From Marinobacter nauticus (GTDB lineage: Bacteria; Pseudomonadota; Gammaproteobacteria; Enterobacterales; Shewanellaceae), in contig JAHVJZ010000010.1 of NCBI GenBank assembly GCA_019801015.1, positions 74,872 through 98,871 of the forward strand: 24,000 nucleotides of DNA, written 5' to 3'. A model generated the notes under the pieces. That model saw only the letters and a list, made by a program, of their open reading frames with translations. It was not told the DNA's origin and did no database searches. The translations under genes were made by a program, and so were the position numbers. Shown one piece after another: positions 6,767-15,161 of the stretch. How positions within the stretch are numbered: the first letter of the stretch is position 1; each line of letters starts with the position of its first letter.

Positions 6767-7642
6767 ATGACTAAGTTTGCTTCCATTGCCGTTGTCGTAC
6801 CTCTCACGCTGGCGGGGTGTCAGATGACTGAACAGGACCAACAGACGTTTTCAGCGTTAGGTGGAGCGGTATTGGGCGGTGTGGTTGGCAGTCAGGTTGG
6901 CGGAGGCTCAGGTAAAGCCATCGCGACCGTTGCCGGGGTCGCTCTCGGCGCCTGGCTGGGCTCCACGCTGTATAAGAACTTGTCGCAAAACGATCAGGAA
7001 GACCTCAGCGCCGAAACGGTTCGGGTGCTGGAAACTGCCGGTGATGGTAGTGAAGAAGTCTGGCGGGGCGAGGACAGCAATACTGAGGTGACCATCACCC
7101 CGACGGAAACCAAAACGGCTCAGCGTGAAACCGCGATGGTAAAGCTGGAAAAGGTGGCGGTTCCACCAACGCTCGAGATCATTAATAAACCCTACCGCGT
7201 CACGGCGAATACCAATATCCGGCAGGGACCCGGCACTGACTATGACATCATGGGAACGCTCAAATCCGGCGCCAGCTTTAATGTGGTGGGTCAGGTTCAG
7301 AATCGCTCATGGTTGCTGGTTGAAAAGAATGGCGTGTCGGTTGGGTACATTTATGGCCCGTTGGCTGAGCCACTGACAGAGGCCTCAAACTCGCCGGTTC
7401 AAGCCCATGCCGAGGCGACGAAACAGCTTCGCCCGCCGCTGGATCTGGATCAGATCCAGCTGGAGCAGAAGGAAGTCACAGAACTGGACGACATTACCCT
7501 GAACGAACCGCAAAACGTTGTTGCGGATGATGTCACGGTGCAAACCACCTGTCGGACGCTCCAGTACTCCGACGAGAACAGCCAGCAAAAAGAGCAGTTC
7601 CAGGCATGCAAGGCATCAGATGGCGCATGGGAGATTTTGTGA
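6767..7642 (+). CDS. Lipoprotein with a glycine-zipper (17-kDa-antigen-like) segment and a bacterial SH3 domain
   Basis: ATG at 6767 lies 7 nt after GAGGA. Signal and lipobox: MTKFASIAVVVPLTLAG|C. Glycine zipper: GGAVLGGVVGSQVGGGSGKAIATVAGVALGAWLG. SH3_3-like: YRVTANTNIRQGPGTDYDIMGTLKSGASFNVVGQVQNRSWLLVEKNGVSVGYIY. Confidence 0.8.
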   Translation: MTKFASIAVVVPLTLAGCQMTEQDQQTFSALGGAVLGGVVGSQVGGGSGKAIATVAGVALGAWLGSTLYKNLSQNDQEDLSAETVRVLETAGDGSEEVWRGEDSNTEVTITPTETKTAQRETAMVKLEKVAVPPTLEIINKPYRVTANTNIRQGPGTDYDIMGTLKSGASFNVVGQVQNRSWLLVEKNGVSVGYIYGPLAEPLTEASNSPVQAHAEATKQLRPPLDLDQIQLEQKEVTELDDITLNEPQNVVADDVTVQTTCRTLQYSDENSQQKEQFQACKASDGAWEIL

Positions 7643-9939
7643 TGAAAACCCCAATCCTTCTGGTTGCAGTCCTTTGTGGCGTGTTGGCCTGTTCTCCGGT
7701 GTCCGAAGGCGACAAAGTCGCCATTCCTCTGACCAGTGAGCAGCCTCATCTGTACGGCTATGCCGAAGGCGTGGTCGAGTCAGTAAAGGGGGAGACGGTC
7801 ATCGTTAAGGTTGTTACCGCGACGGACGTACCACAAGGCCATAAATACCAAAGGGATATTGAGGCTCGGGGCAGTCTGTATTTGAGCAAAGATGAATTTG
7901 TCGATGTTCAGCAGGCCCAGACGCAATACGCTGAACGTAAGGCCTTCGCACAACAGTTGCAGCGCCTGAATACCTCAATATTTCTAACCTCCGGCAAGGG
8001 CATATCCTGCGGCCAGTTCAGCCACTTTGCCAAAACCACGTCGATTCCTGAGGCTCAGTCGATAGGGGTACTGTGCGATTACATCGGCCAACATGCCGCT
8101 GAAATTGATCGAACCGTAAAGCCTGTAAAACCTCATGAGGTCGCTGAGGCAATGAGTGCTGAAACAACCGGCGTCATGCTTGGCTACTTGGACCTCTACA
8201 TTCCGGTGGCAGAGAGTGTAGAGCAGGCGCTGGAAACCGTGACCTGGAGAGCCACCGGACACTCAGAACAGGTGGTTCAACGGTTAAGAGCCATCGCTGA
8301 ACAAAATCGGAATACCCCTGCTGAGGCACTTTACGACGTTACTGTCGACAATCTGTCAGTGCCGGTGGCCCACTTCCTCCTGTCGCTGTTCCGGCAGGAC
8401 TCTCAGTTTGGCATCCGAGCCAGGCAGTTCAGTGAGGATGCGGCCAGAAACTACTTTGATGCGATGCAACGCATCGTGGTTAAGGTTGCAGCGTCTGAGG
8501 GGGGAAGCGGCACGTATTCCATGGCTCTGTCGGATCTCGAGAGCCAACGGAAAGCCGCGTTTATCTCGGAAAAGCAGGAGGCAGCACTTTCACAGGTATT
8601 TTTCAGCGAAGGGTTTGCTGATCTATCCACCGAAGCCGGCGTTGCAGAAGCGATTGAGAAACTGAAAGCCGAATCCTCAAGCTTCAGCCAGATAGTGGGA
8701 CAGCCCATAGTCGATGCTGAGGTGGAGTCCAGGATTGCAGAACGACTGGCCAAAAGAGAGGAAGCGCGGTTGGCTCGGGAGCGACATGATGCTGAACAAG
8801 CCGAGCAACAATTGGAGAACGCCCGTGCCAGCCTGTTGAGCCAGGTGGATACTGAGCAACTGTTTTCCCCTGCCGCGGCAGAAGCCGCTTATCAGGTGCT
8901 GAAAGACCAGAACGATGCCCTCTACCCGGAACAGAACTTAATCACCGAATCTGACCGCCAGATGTTGCTGGCGGCCGTGCAAGAGAACCTACCGGGCAAA
9001 GAGGTGGCAACGACAGAAGCCACAGAGAAACTGGCCAATAGCGTTCCGCTCGAACATATCATGCCGATGGATAAGGTGGCGGGTACCGTTGCTGCGTTAC
9101 AGATGGAAATTGATGATATTGCTGTCAGAACCGGGCTCCAAATCCCGACGGAACAGCTGACGGACATCCTGAACCAGCGCAGCAAAGATGCCACGGTGTT
9201 GATGATGAAAGAGAAGCCGTTTGAGATGGAGACGGTGTGGCATGTCCGAATCTACGATCTTCAGTCTGATCAGCGTTGGAAATTTAAAGAAAGGGAAATC
9301 GTTGGCACGGTTGATATGGCCGATTGGGACAGCAGACGTGGCCAGGGCAACTGCACCTTCAAAGCCCCGTTAACGTCGCTGGGTTCTGAAATCGCTTATC
9401 CCTCTGCCTGGAGATGCAGAATCCAATACGTTCCTGTGACGGGGAATGTGGTGTTCAGTATTACCGGTATGATTGATGCACCACGAGGCGCTTTCAGGTC
9501 GTGGCATGGGAATAAGGGTTTATTACAAGAAAATGGTGAGTACCGAATAGTGCGCGGTGAAATGAACCGCTCCAAATCCTTTGTCGCCTATGAAATGTCG
9601 GTGGACCCATTTGCGCAGCAAATTTCACTCAGCGTGCCCACCACAGCTCATCGTACACTGGTGGGCCGCTCCACCAGCCTGGGATTAGAGGTGTACGCCT
9701 TGTCTGATCAGTCCGACTGGTGCAGTGAAGAGGTGAGTCTTCAGCTGGAATCGGCTCATTCCGGTTTTTTCACCAATGAGGAAAAGGTGTCTACTTTTGT
9801 CCGCAAGATTGGCAAAGCGATTGAATCCGAATGCAGCAGTGTGAAAAGCACAAAACTGTACGGTACCAACGGCGGTGACGAGGTGTTGTATCACGCGAGT
9901 GCGACTAAGGAAGAGGAGTGGGTGCCCGTCGGGCTTTGA
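7642..9939 (+). CDS. Large lipoprotein of unknown function (765 aa) with a central coiled-coil-like segment
   Basis: Its start overlaps the upstream stop (TGATG; stop 7640-7642, ATG 7642-7644). Signal and lipobox: MKTPILLVAVLCGVLA|C. A charged helical stretch reads RIAERLAKREEARLARERHDAEQAEQQLENARASLL. I recognise no family motif. Confidence 0.8.
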   Translation: MKTPILLVAVLCGVLACSPVSEGDKVAIPLTSEQPHLYGYAEGVVESVKGETVIVKVVTATDVPQGHKYQRDIEARGSLYLSKDEFVDVQQAQTQYAERKAFAQQLQRLNTSIFLTSGKGISCGQFSHFAKTTSIPEAQSIGVLCDYIGQHAAEIDRTVKPVKPHEVAEAMSAETTGVMLGYLDLYIPVAESVEQALETVTWRATGHSEQVVQRLRAIAEQNRNTPAEALYDVTVDNLSVPVAHFLLSLFRQDSQFGIRARQFSEDAARNYFDAMQRIVVKVAASEGGSGTYSMALSDLESQRKAAFISEKQEAALSQVFFSEGFADLSTEAGVAEAIEKLKAESSSFSQIVGQPIVDAEVESRIAERLAKREEARLARERHDAEQAEQQLENARASLLSQVDTEQLFSPAAAEAAYQVLKDQNDALYPEQNLITESDRQMLLAAVQENLPGKEVATTEATEKLANSVPLEHIMPMDKVAGTVAALQMEIDDIAVRTGLQIPTEQLTDILNQRSKDATVLMMKEKPFEMETVWHVRIYDLQSDQRWKFKEREIVGTVDMADWDSRRGQGNCTFKAPLTSLGSEIAYPSAWRCRIQYVPVTGNVVFSITGMIDAPRGAFRSWHGNKGLLQENGEYRIVRGEMNRSKSFVAYEMSVDPFAQQISLSVPTTAHRTLVGRSTSLGLEVYALSDQSDWCSEEVSLQLESAHSGFFTNEEKVSTFVRKIGKAIESECSSVKSTKLYGTNGGDEVLYHASATKEEEWVPVGL

Positions 9940-9991
9940 TGGTATTTAGCTATGCCGGCGGTGATAGAAACAAGTTTTTCGAGGGCTTGCT

Positions 9992-10273
9992 ATGAAATGG
10001 TGTCTTATCGGCCTGTTGATGGTTCTGTATTCTGCCAGTGCGATATCTGGACCCACAGTCAATGTTAAGAGCTGTGCCTTAATATTTTACGAGGAGGAGG
10101 CTGGAGGTTCCTACGCTTACACCATCATGAACATCGAAGACACGATTATGATTGTTTCCGACCAGGGGATATTGGTCCGGCATGGAGATGTGCTGTTGAC
10201 TGTCGAAAAAGACAAGATGAAAGTGTCTCAGAAAGTGTTGATTGACACTTATGTCGCCTGCTCTAAATCCTAG
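9992..10273 (+). CDS. Small secreted protein (93 aa), unknown function
   Basis: GAGGG lies 6 nt upstream of the ATG. Signal peptide: MKWCLIGLLMVLYSASA|ISG. It sits 52 nt downstream of the 765-aa gene and is followed by a terminator. Confidence 0.6.
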   Translation: MKWCLIGLLMVLYSASAISGPTVNVKSCALIFYEEEAGGSYAYTIMNIEDTIMIVSDQGILVRHGDVLLTVEKDKMKVSQKVLIDTYVACSKS

Positions 10274-10292
10274 TGAATGGCTATAGCGCTGT

Positions 10293-10325
10293 AAAAAAAG
10301 GCTGAACCGCAGTCCAGCCTTTTTA
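10293..10325. terminator. Bidirectional rho-independent terminator between convergent genes
   Basis: The sequence AAAAAAAGGCTG..(loop)..CAGCCTTTTT has an A-run on the left and a T-run on the right. It lies between the stops at 10273 (+) and 10341 (-). Confidence 0.6.
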
Positions 10326-10340
10326 AAGAGCGCATCAGGC

Positions 10341-13300
10341 TTAGTCTATCAGCACCTGCTCGGTCAATCTGTCAGGTAAGATGGCGACATAGCCTTGCGA
10401 TGCATACATGTTTCCTTCATCGATTCTAAAAACCGCCAACTTCTTATCTCTGGCATTGTACAGCATCTTTTGACTCGTACTGGTGAACTCCCATGTCTCG
10501 CCAAAAGCGGCGCGGTCATGGATAAACTTAACGAGCGGAGTGTTTTCCGGATCAAGTCTTATCAGCACATCAATAGGGCCCCATTTGCTGAGATTTTCGA
10601 CATCAGCGTCATTTTCTTTATTGTGTTTTTTCCATACGTTGGCCCCACTATTGAATATGTTGGTGTTTGGTACGAGGCTATAGTACTCGCCATCGCTACC
10701 TTTCAATAATGGACCGTTGTCGAGAGTGGCGTTCCTGAAATAAAGTAGGGGTGATATAACTTCAAAAGTTAAATCTTCGCTCAAACTGATATAGTTCAAG
10801 TTCTGCTTTGACGTACCATTATCGGTAGAGGATAGTGCTCTTGTTATATTGCTCACCTCTGCTGTCCGTATCACGTAACGTTTTAGTTGACGATTTTTGT
10901 CCATATATATCATCACTCTCTCTTCCGAGATTTCAGTAAAACTGACTACGGTATTAAAGTCTTCCGGGAGCGTAATTTTTTCGTATCCGTTGGTTCGGAG
11001 TCGGTAATAGTTGCCTGAAACCGACACACCAATAGGGAAAAATGTAGCAGAATAGTATCCGGCATTGGTGACATTGATGATTGTATCGTCTTCTGGAGTT
11101 GCGTACTTAATGAGTTCGTCTCCTTCTGCGCGGTAAACTTCACCATTATTCTTTAGGATCATGGTGTATCGGGTATAGCGTGGCGTAGAAGGACCCGTTG
11201 TGAGCTTTACGTCTTCCATCCACAGCCTGGGCATTTTCCAACTGCCGCTAAATCCCCCAAGCCCGTGTTCGCCAAAGCCAATTCCCCATAACTTATTGTC
11301 TTTGGTTAAAAGGCCGCTCAAGCCCTTGTAGGCAGTTATTGCTATTGCACGAACATTCTGTGGCAAACAAGCGAGTGACGGATTGGCCTCGACATCAGAG
11401 ACAAGTTCCGAATAGCTATAAGTGCCCTCTTTTAGCTTGTTCAGGTAACTCATGCTTATGGAGGGATCAAACCTGTTGCAGCCTTCACCAATATAATAGT
11501 AAGGCATCACATCGTCACTCAGTGTTGTTTGCATTTGGCCATTGGCATCAAAAAAGCCAACTTCACTTCGATTTGGATGGATTAAAAATGGCGTTGAGCC
11601 AAAGAATAATATTCTTCCATCCTTGGTGAATACCCATTGATATGGATAAGACTGTTGGTTAGGCACTGCGTGGGTGATAATGGGAGCGTTTGACTTTGTG
11701 TCCATAAAGCCGACAAAAGTGTTTGCGACCGAATTTACTGATGGCAGAGAGTCGGAGGCATAGTCTGCTGCAGGAATGCTTTTCTGGGTGTACGGTTTTC
11801 CATCCGCATCCGTCCACATCTCTCCGGTGTTAGGGTTTATAAAGATGGTGTTACTGACAGGTTGTCCCGTTACCGCATCGACTTGTGTGATGCTATAACC
11901 GTCCTTTGTACGCACTGGCATTCCGTTGGTATCCAGTTGCAGGGCGATGTCATTGCCATTCCCGGAGGTTAGGACTGCGCCATATGCGTCCACCACATCA
12001 TTGTCTTCGTTGACGATGAGCCCTGGCTTTACGAGTGCTGGGTCACCGGAGGCATCGGTCACCGGGTTTCCATTGCTGTCGGTTTGCACCACCTTCACTG
12101 CGCCGGTGGGATTGCCCTGGTTGTCTACCACCTCCAGCAGCAAATTGCCGTTGATGTCCCGGTCAATGCCGGTTTCGCTGCTGTCGATGGGTCGCAGTTC
12201 ATAGCCTTCAGGACCGAGGGTAATGGCGTCACCGGACGCATCAGTCAACCGGTCGCCGACAAGAAAATCCGGCGCGGTGCTGACAGAGGCAGTACCATTC
12301 TCACCCATCGACACGGTGGCGCCGTTGGCGGAGACCAAGTCACCAAAGCGGTCATAAACGTCGACCACCAGATTGCCGCTGGCGTCAGTAACCAATTCCC
12401 CCTCGTTGGTGTAGGTGGGCCTGAACTGCTGATTGCTGTCGTTGGTGACCAGATCGCCATTGCCATCAATCAGGTAGCCGTCTTCATTAACCAGCACGTC
12501 CGGCAGCGGGTTCAGGGTGGCATTGCCGTTTTCGTCCACCACCAATTCGCCTTTGTCGCCGGTTGCTGCGCCGGTGTCCGGGTCAATCACATCAACAATC
12601 AGGTTGCCGTCCGGGGAGGTAACCAGATCGCCATTGTCATCAGTAACGGCTTCCACTTCCTGCTGCTCGCCACCCACTGACACTTCCAGATTGTCGCCGT
12701 TGCTGTCGGTGATCGGCTGACCCGGCTCGATGATGAGATCCGGGGCGGTGCCGATGGTCACGGAGCCATCGTTACCCATGGTGGCGGTGGCGCCGTTGGC
12801 GGTAACCAGTTCGTCGTTGGCATTGTAAACGTCCAGTATCGGATTGCCATCGGCGTCAGTGATCAGCTCGCCGCTGTCGTTGTAGGTGGGTTTGAACTTC
12901 TGGCCCTGATCGTTGGTGACCAGATCGCCGTTGCCATCAATCAGGTAGCCATCGTCGTTAATCAACACCGCTGGCAGCGGCTCCAGAGTGGCGTTGCCGT
13001 TTTCATCCACCACCAGCTCACCCTTGTCACCAGTGGCTTCACCGGTGTCCGGGTCAATCACATCCACAATCGGATTGCCGTCCGGCGAGGAAATCAGATC
13101 GCCATTGTCATCAGTAACGGCTTCCACTTCCTGCTGCTCGCCATCCACCGTCACTTCCAGGTTGTCGCCGTTGCCGTCGGTAATTGGCTGACCGGGCTCG
13201 ATGATGAATCCCGGGGCGGTGCCGATGCTCACGGAGCCGTCGTTACCCATGGTGGCGGTGGCGCCATTGGCGGTAACCAGGTCGTCGTTGGCGCTGTACA

Positions 13301-15161
13301 CGTCCAGTACCGGATTGCCATCGGCGTCGGTGATCAGTTCGCCGTTGTCGTTGTAGGTGGGTTTGAACTTCTGGCCCTGATCGTTGGTGACCAGATCACC
13401 GTTGCCATCAACCAGGTAGCCTTCGTCATTGACCAGCACATCCGGCAGCGGGTTCAGGGTGGCGTTGCCGTTTTTATCGAACACCAGTTCGCCTTTGTCG
13501 CCGGTAGTTTCGCCGGTGTTCGGGTCAATCACATCGACAATCAGGTTACCGTCCGGAGAGTGGACAAAGTTTCCGTTTTCATCGGTGACCGGCACCACTT
13601 CATGCGCTTCACCATCCACGTCGACCCTTATGGCGTCGCCTTCAAGGTCTGTGATTGGGTGCTCTGGGAGCGCGATTGAACCGGGCTTTCGGCCGCTTAA
13701 GGTCCCTTCGGATTGGTTGTAGGAATCGGCTCTAGCCTCAGACAGGGTGCCATCCCGGTGGTAGGTGTCGACGATCACATTGCCCTGTTGGTCAAAGAGA
13801 ACGCTGCCATCCTCATTGCGGGACGGTTTAATCCATAAGCCGTCGCTGGTGCTGAAGCGGCTGCCTTCCGGACTCACCAGATAGCCCTGGCTATCCACAA
13901 TCAGCCCGGGTTCCTTGAGGATCGGGCTGCCGTCCGGATGGGCCATTGGTTTGCCGTTGTCATCGGTTTTCACCACCAGCAGTTCGCCGGTGGGATTGCC
14001 GCTGTGGTCGACAACCTCCAGCAGAACATCGCCATTGATGTCTGTGGTGATGCCGGCAGCATGATTCATCGGGCGTAACTGGTAACCGTCCGGCCCATAG
14101 GTGATGGGGTTGCCGGAGAGATCAGTAAGCCGGTCGCCTAGCAGAAGTCCGGGGGCGGGTTTAACGCTGGCAACGCCACTGTCATCCACCGCCACGGTCG
14201 CGCCGTTTTCGCTGACCAGATCACCGTTGGGGGAATACACATCCACGACGACGTTGCCATTGGTGTCGGTGACCAGTTCACCACTGTCGGTATAAGTGGG
14301 CTTGAAGCTTTGGTTTTGATCGTTGGTGACCAGATTGCCATCGCGATCAACCAGGTAGCCCTGATCATTCACCAGAACCGGCGGCAGGGGGCCGATGGTG
14401 GGGTTGTTGTCTTCATCAATGGTGAGCTCACCTTTGTCGCCACTGGGCTTGCCGGTGTCCGGATCGATAAGGTCGACCACGAGGTTGCCATCCGGAGAGG
14501 TCACCAGTGCGCCACTTTCATCGACAATTGGTCTCAGGGCCCATTGCTCGCCTCCGTCATCCACCAAAACCGGATTGCCATCAAGGTCGGTGAGGGAGTG
14601 GCCAGGCACCACCAGAACATCCGGGCCATTGCCCGTCAGCTCAGCGCTCTCTGTGTCCAGAGTGTTGGCTTTATTAGCGACCAGAGTGCCGTCGGTGGTA
14701 TGGGTATCGACAACGACGTTGCCTTTGCTGTCAAAGAGGATATTACCGTCGTTGTCCCTGGAAGGTTTGAGCAGCAGTCCACCGGTGGTGAGAATACGAT
14801 TTCCCTCGGTATCAACGAGGTAACCCTCATTGTCGATAATGGGATGGGAGGCCGGGAAGAAAGTCACTTCTCCGGCACTGTTCCGAATCGGTACGTTATC
14901 ACTATCCACCTCGATAAAGACGACTTCTCCAGACTCGGTGAGCTTAACCAGAATCCGGCCGTACTCATCCCGAATCAGATTTTGATTTTCAGAAAGTACC
15001 GCCTCGAAAGGGTAGAGATCGAAAGGTAGCGCTATTTTGCTTTCTTTTGAGGTTTGGTCATAGACATCGATCCCATCGCTGTTACAACCTGAAACGCCTG
15101 TCACGATAAACGCAGCAGCAATCAAATTTAATCTAAACGTCTTCATATTTATTAGTGCCAA
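10341..15161 (-). CDS. Giant surface lipoprotein (about 1600 aa) with Asp/Gly/Asn-rich tandem modules and a distinct C-terminal domain; putative adhesin or Ca-binding repeat protein
   Basis: Single uninterrupted ORF. Lipoprotein signal: MKTFRLNLIAAAFIVTGVSG|C. The start is either TTG at 15161 (GGGGA ~9 nt upstream) or ATG at 15146. Motifs of the type D-x-D/N-G-N-x-(I/V)-V-D and GYL(V/I)D recur, and GDKGEL recurs at residues 242, 555, 712 and 869. The last ~500 aa are non-repetitive. Confidence 0.9.
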   Translation of the reverse strand: MALINMKTFRLNLIAAAFIVTGVSGCNSDGIDVYDQTSKESKIALPFDLYPFEAVLSENQNLIRDEYGRILVKLTESGEVVFIEVDSDNVPIRNSAGEVTFFPASHPIIDNEGYLVDTEGNRILTTGGLLLKPSRDNDGNILFDSKGNVVVDTHTTDGTLVANKANTLDTESAELTGNGPDVLVVPGHSLTDLDGNPVLVDDGGEQWALRPIVDESGALVTSPDGNLVVDLIDPDTGKPSGDKGELTIDEDNNPTIGPLPPVLVNDQGYLVDRDGNLVTNDQNQSFKPTYTDSGELVTDTNGNVVVDVYSPNGDLVSENGATVAVDDSGVASVKPAPGLLLGDRLTDLSGNPITYGPDGYQLRPMNHAAGITTDINGDVLLEVVDHSGNPTGELLVVKTDDNGKPMAHPDGSPILKEPGLIVDSQGYLVSPEGSRFSTSDGLWIKPSRNEDGSVLFDQQGNVIVDTYHRDGTLSEARADSYNQSEGTLSGRKPGSIALPEHPITDLEGDAIRVDVDGEAHEVVPVTDENGNFVHSPDGNLIVDVIDPNTGETTGDKGELVFDKNGNATLNPLPDVLVNDEGYLVDGNGDLVTNDQGQKFKPTYNDNGELITDADGNPVLDVYSANDDLVTANGATATMGNDGSVSIGTAPGFIIEPGQPITDGNGDNLEVTVDGEQQEVEAVTDDNGDLISSPDGNPIVDVIDPDTGEATGDKGELVVDENGNATLEPLPAVLINDDGYLIDGNGDLVTNDQGQKFKPTYNDSGELITDADGNPILDVYNANDELVTANGATATMGNDGSVTIGTAPDLIIEPGQPITDSNGDNLEVSVGGEQQEVEAVTDDNGDLVTSPDGNLIVDVIDPDTGAATGDKGELVVDENGNATLNPLPDVLVNEDGYLIDGNGDLVTNDSNQQFRPTYTNEGELVTDASGNLVVDVYDRFGDLVSANGATVSMGENGTASVSTAPDFLVGDRLTDASGDAITLGPEGYELRPIDSSETGIDRDINGNLLLEVVDNQGNPTGAVKVVQTDSNGNPVTDASGDPALVKPGLIVNEDNDVVDAYGAVLTSGNGNDIALQLDTNGMPVRTKDGYSITQVDAVTGQPVSNTIFINPNTGEMWTDADGKPYTQKSIPAADYASDSLPSVNSVANTFVGFMDTKSNAPIITHAVPNQQSYPYQWVFTKDGRILFFGSTPFLIHPNRSEVGFFDANGQMQTTLSDDVMPYYYIGEGCNRFDPSISMSYLNKLKEGTYSYSELVSDVEANPSLACLPQNVRAIAITAYKGLSGLLTKDNKLWGIGFGEHGLGGFSGSWKMPRLWMEDVKLTTGPSTPRYTRYTMILKNNGEVYRAEGDELIKYATPEDDTIINVTNAGYYSATFFPIGVSVSGNYYRLRTNGYEKITLPEDFNTVVSFTEISEERVMIYMDKNRQLKRYVIRTAEVSNITRALSSTDNGTSKQNLNYISLSEDLTFEVISPLLYFRNATLDNGPLLKGSDGEYYSLVPNTNIFNSGANVWKKHNKENDADVENLSKWGPIDVLIRLDPENTPLVKFIHDRAAFGETWEFTSTSQKMLYNARDKKLAVFRIDEGNMYASQGYVAILPDRLTEQVLID
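12267..13679 (-). repeat. Three tandem in-frame 471-bp (157-aa) coding repeats inside the giant lipoprotein gene; a more diverged copy lies at ~14145-14615
   Basis: The GDKGEL anchors are exactly 157 aa apart. The antisense shadow ORFs at 12517, 12988 and ~13462 are near-identical (MALPFSSTT.SPLSPVA.PVSGSITSTI.LPSGE...) with a 471-nt offset. Confidence 0.85.

Noticed and set aside
12267-14615. Regularly spaced repeats that could superficially suggest a CRISPR array or a satellite
   Set aside because: The units are 471 bp, contiguous with no unique spacers, in frame, and encode a conserved protein module. No cas genes are present.
12084-15029. Long plus-strand ORFs inside the giant gene region (for example 12084-12680 at 198 aa, 14310-15029 at 239 aa, and the near-identical 67-aa ORFs at 12517 and 12988)
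   Set aside because: They are antisense shadows of the repeat-encoding minus-strand ORF. Their translations are low-complexity (S/P/T/V-rich or Q/I/A-rich) and repeat with the same 471-nt period. The 1606-aa minus-strand frame has a lipoprotein signal and a coherent domain structure.
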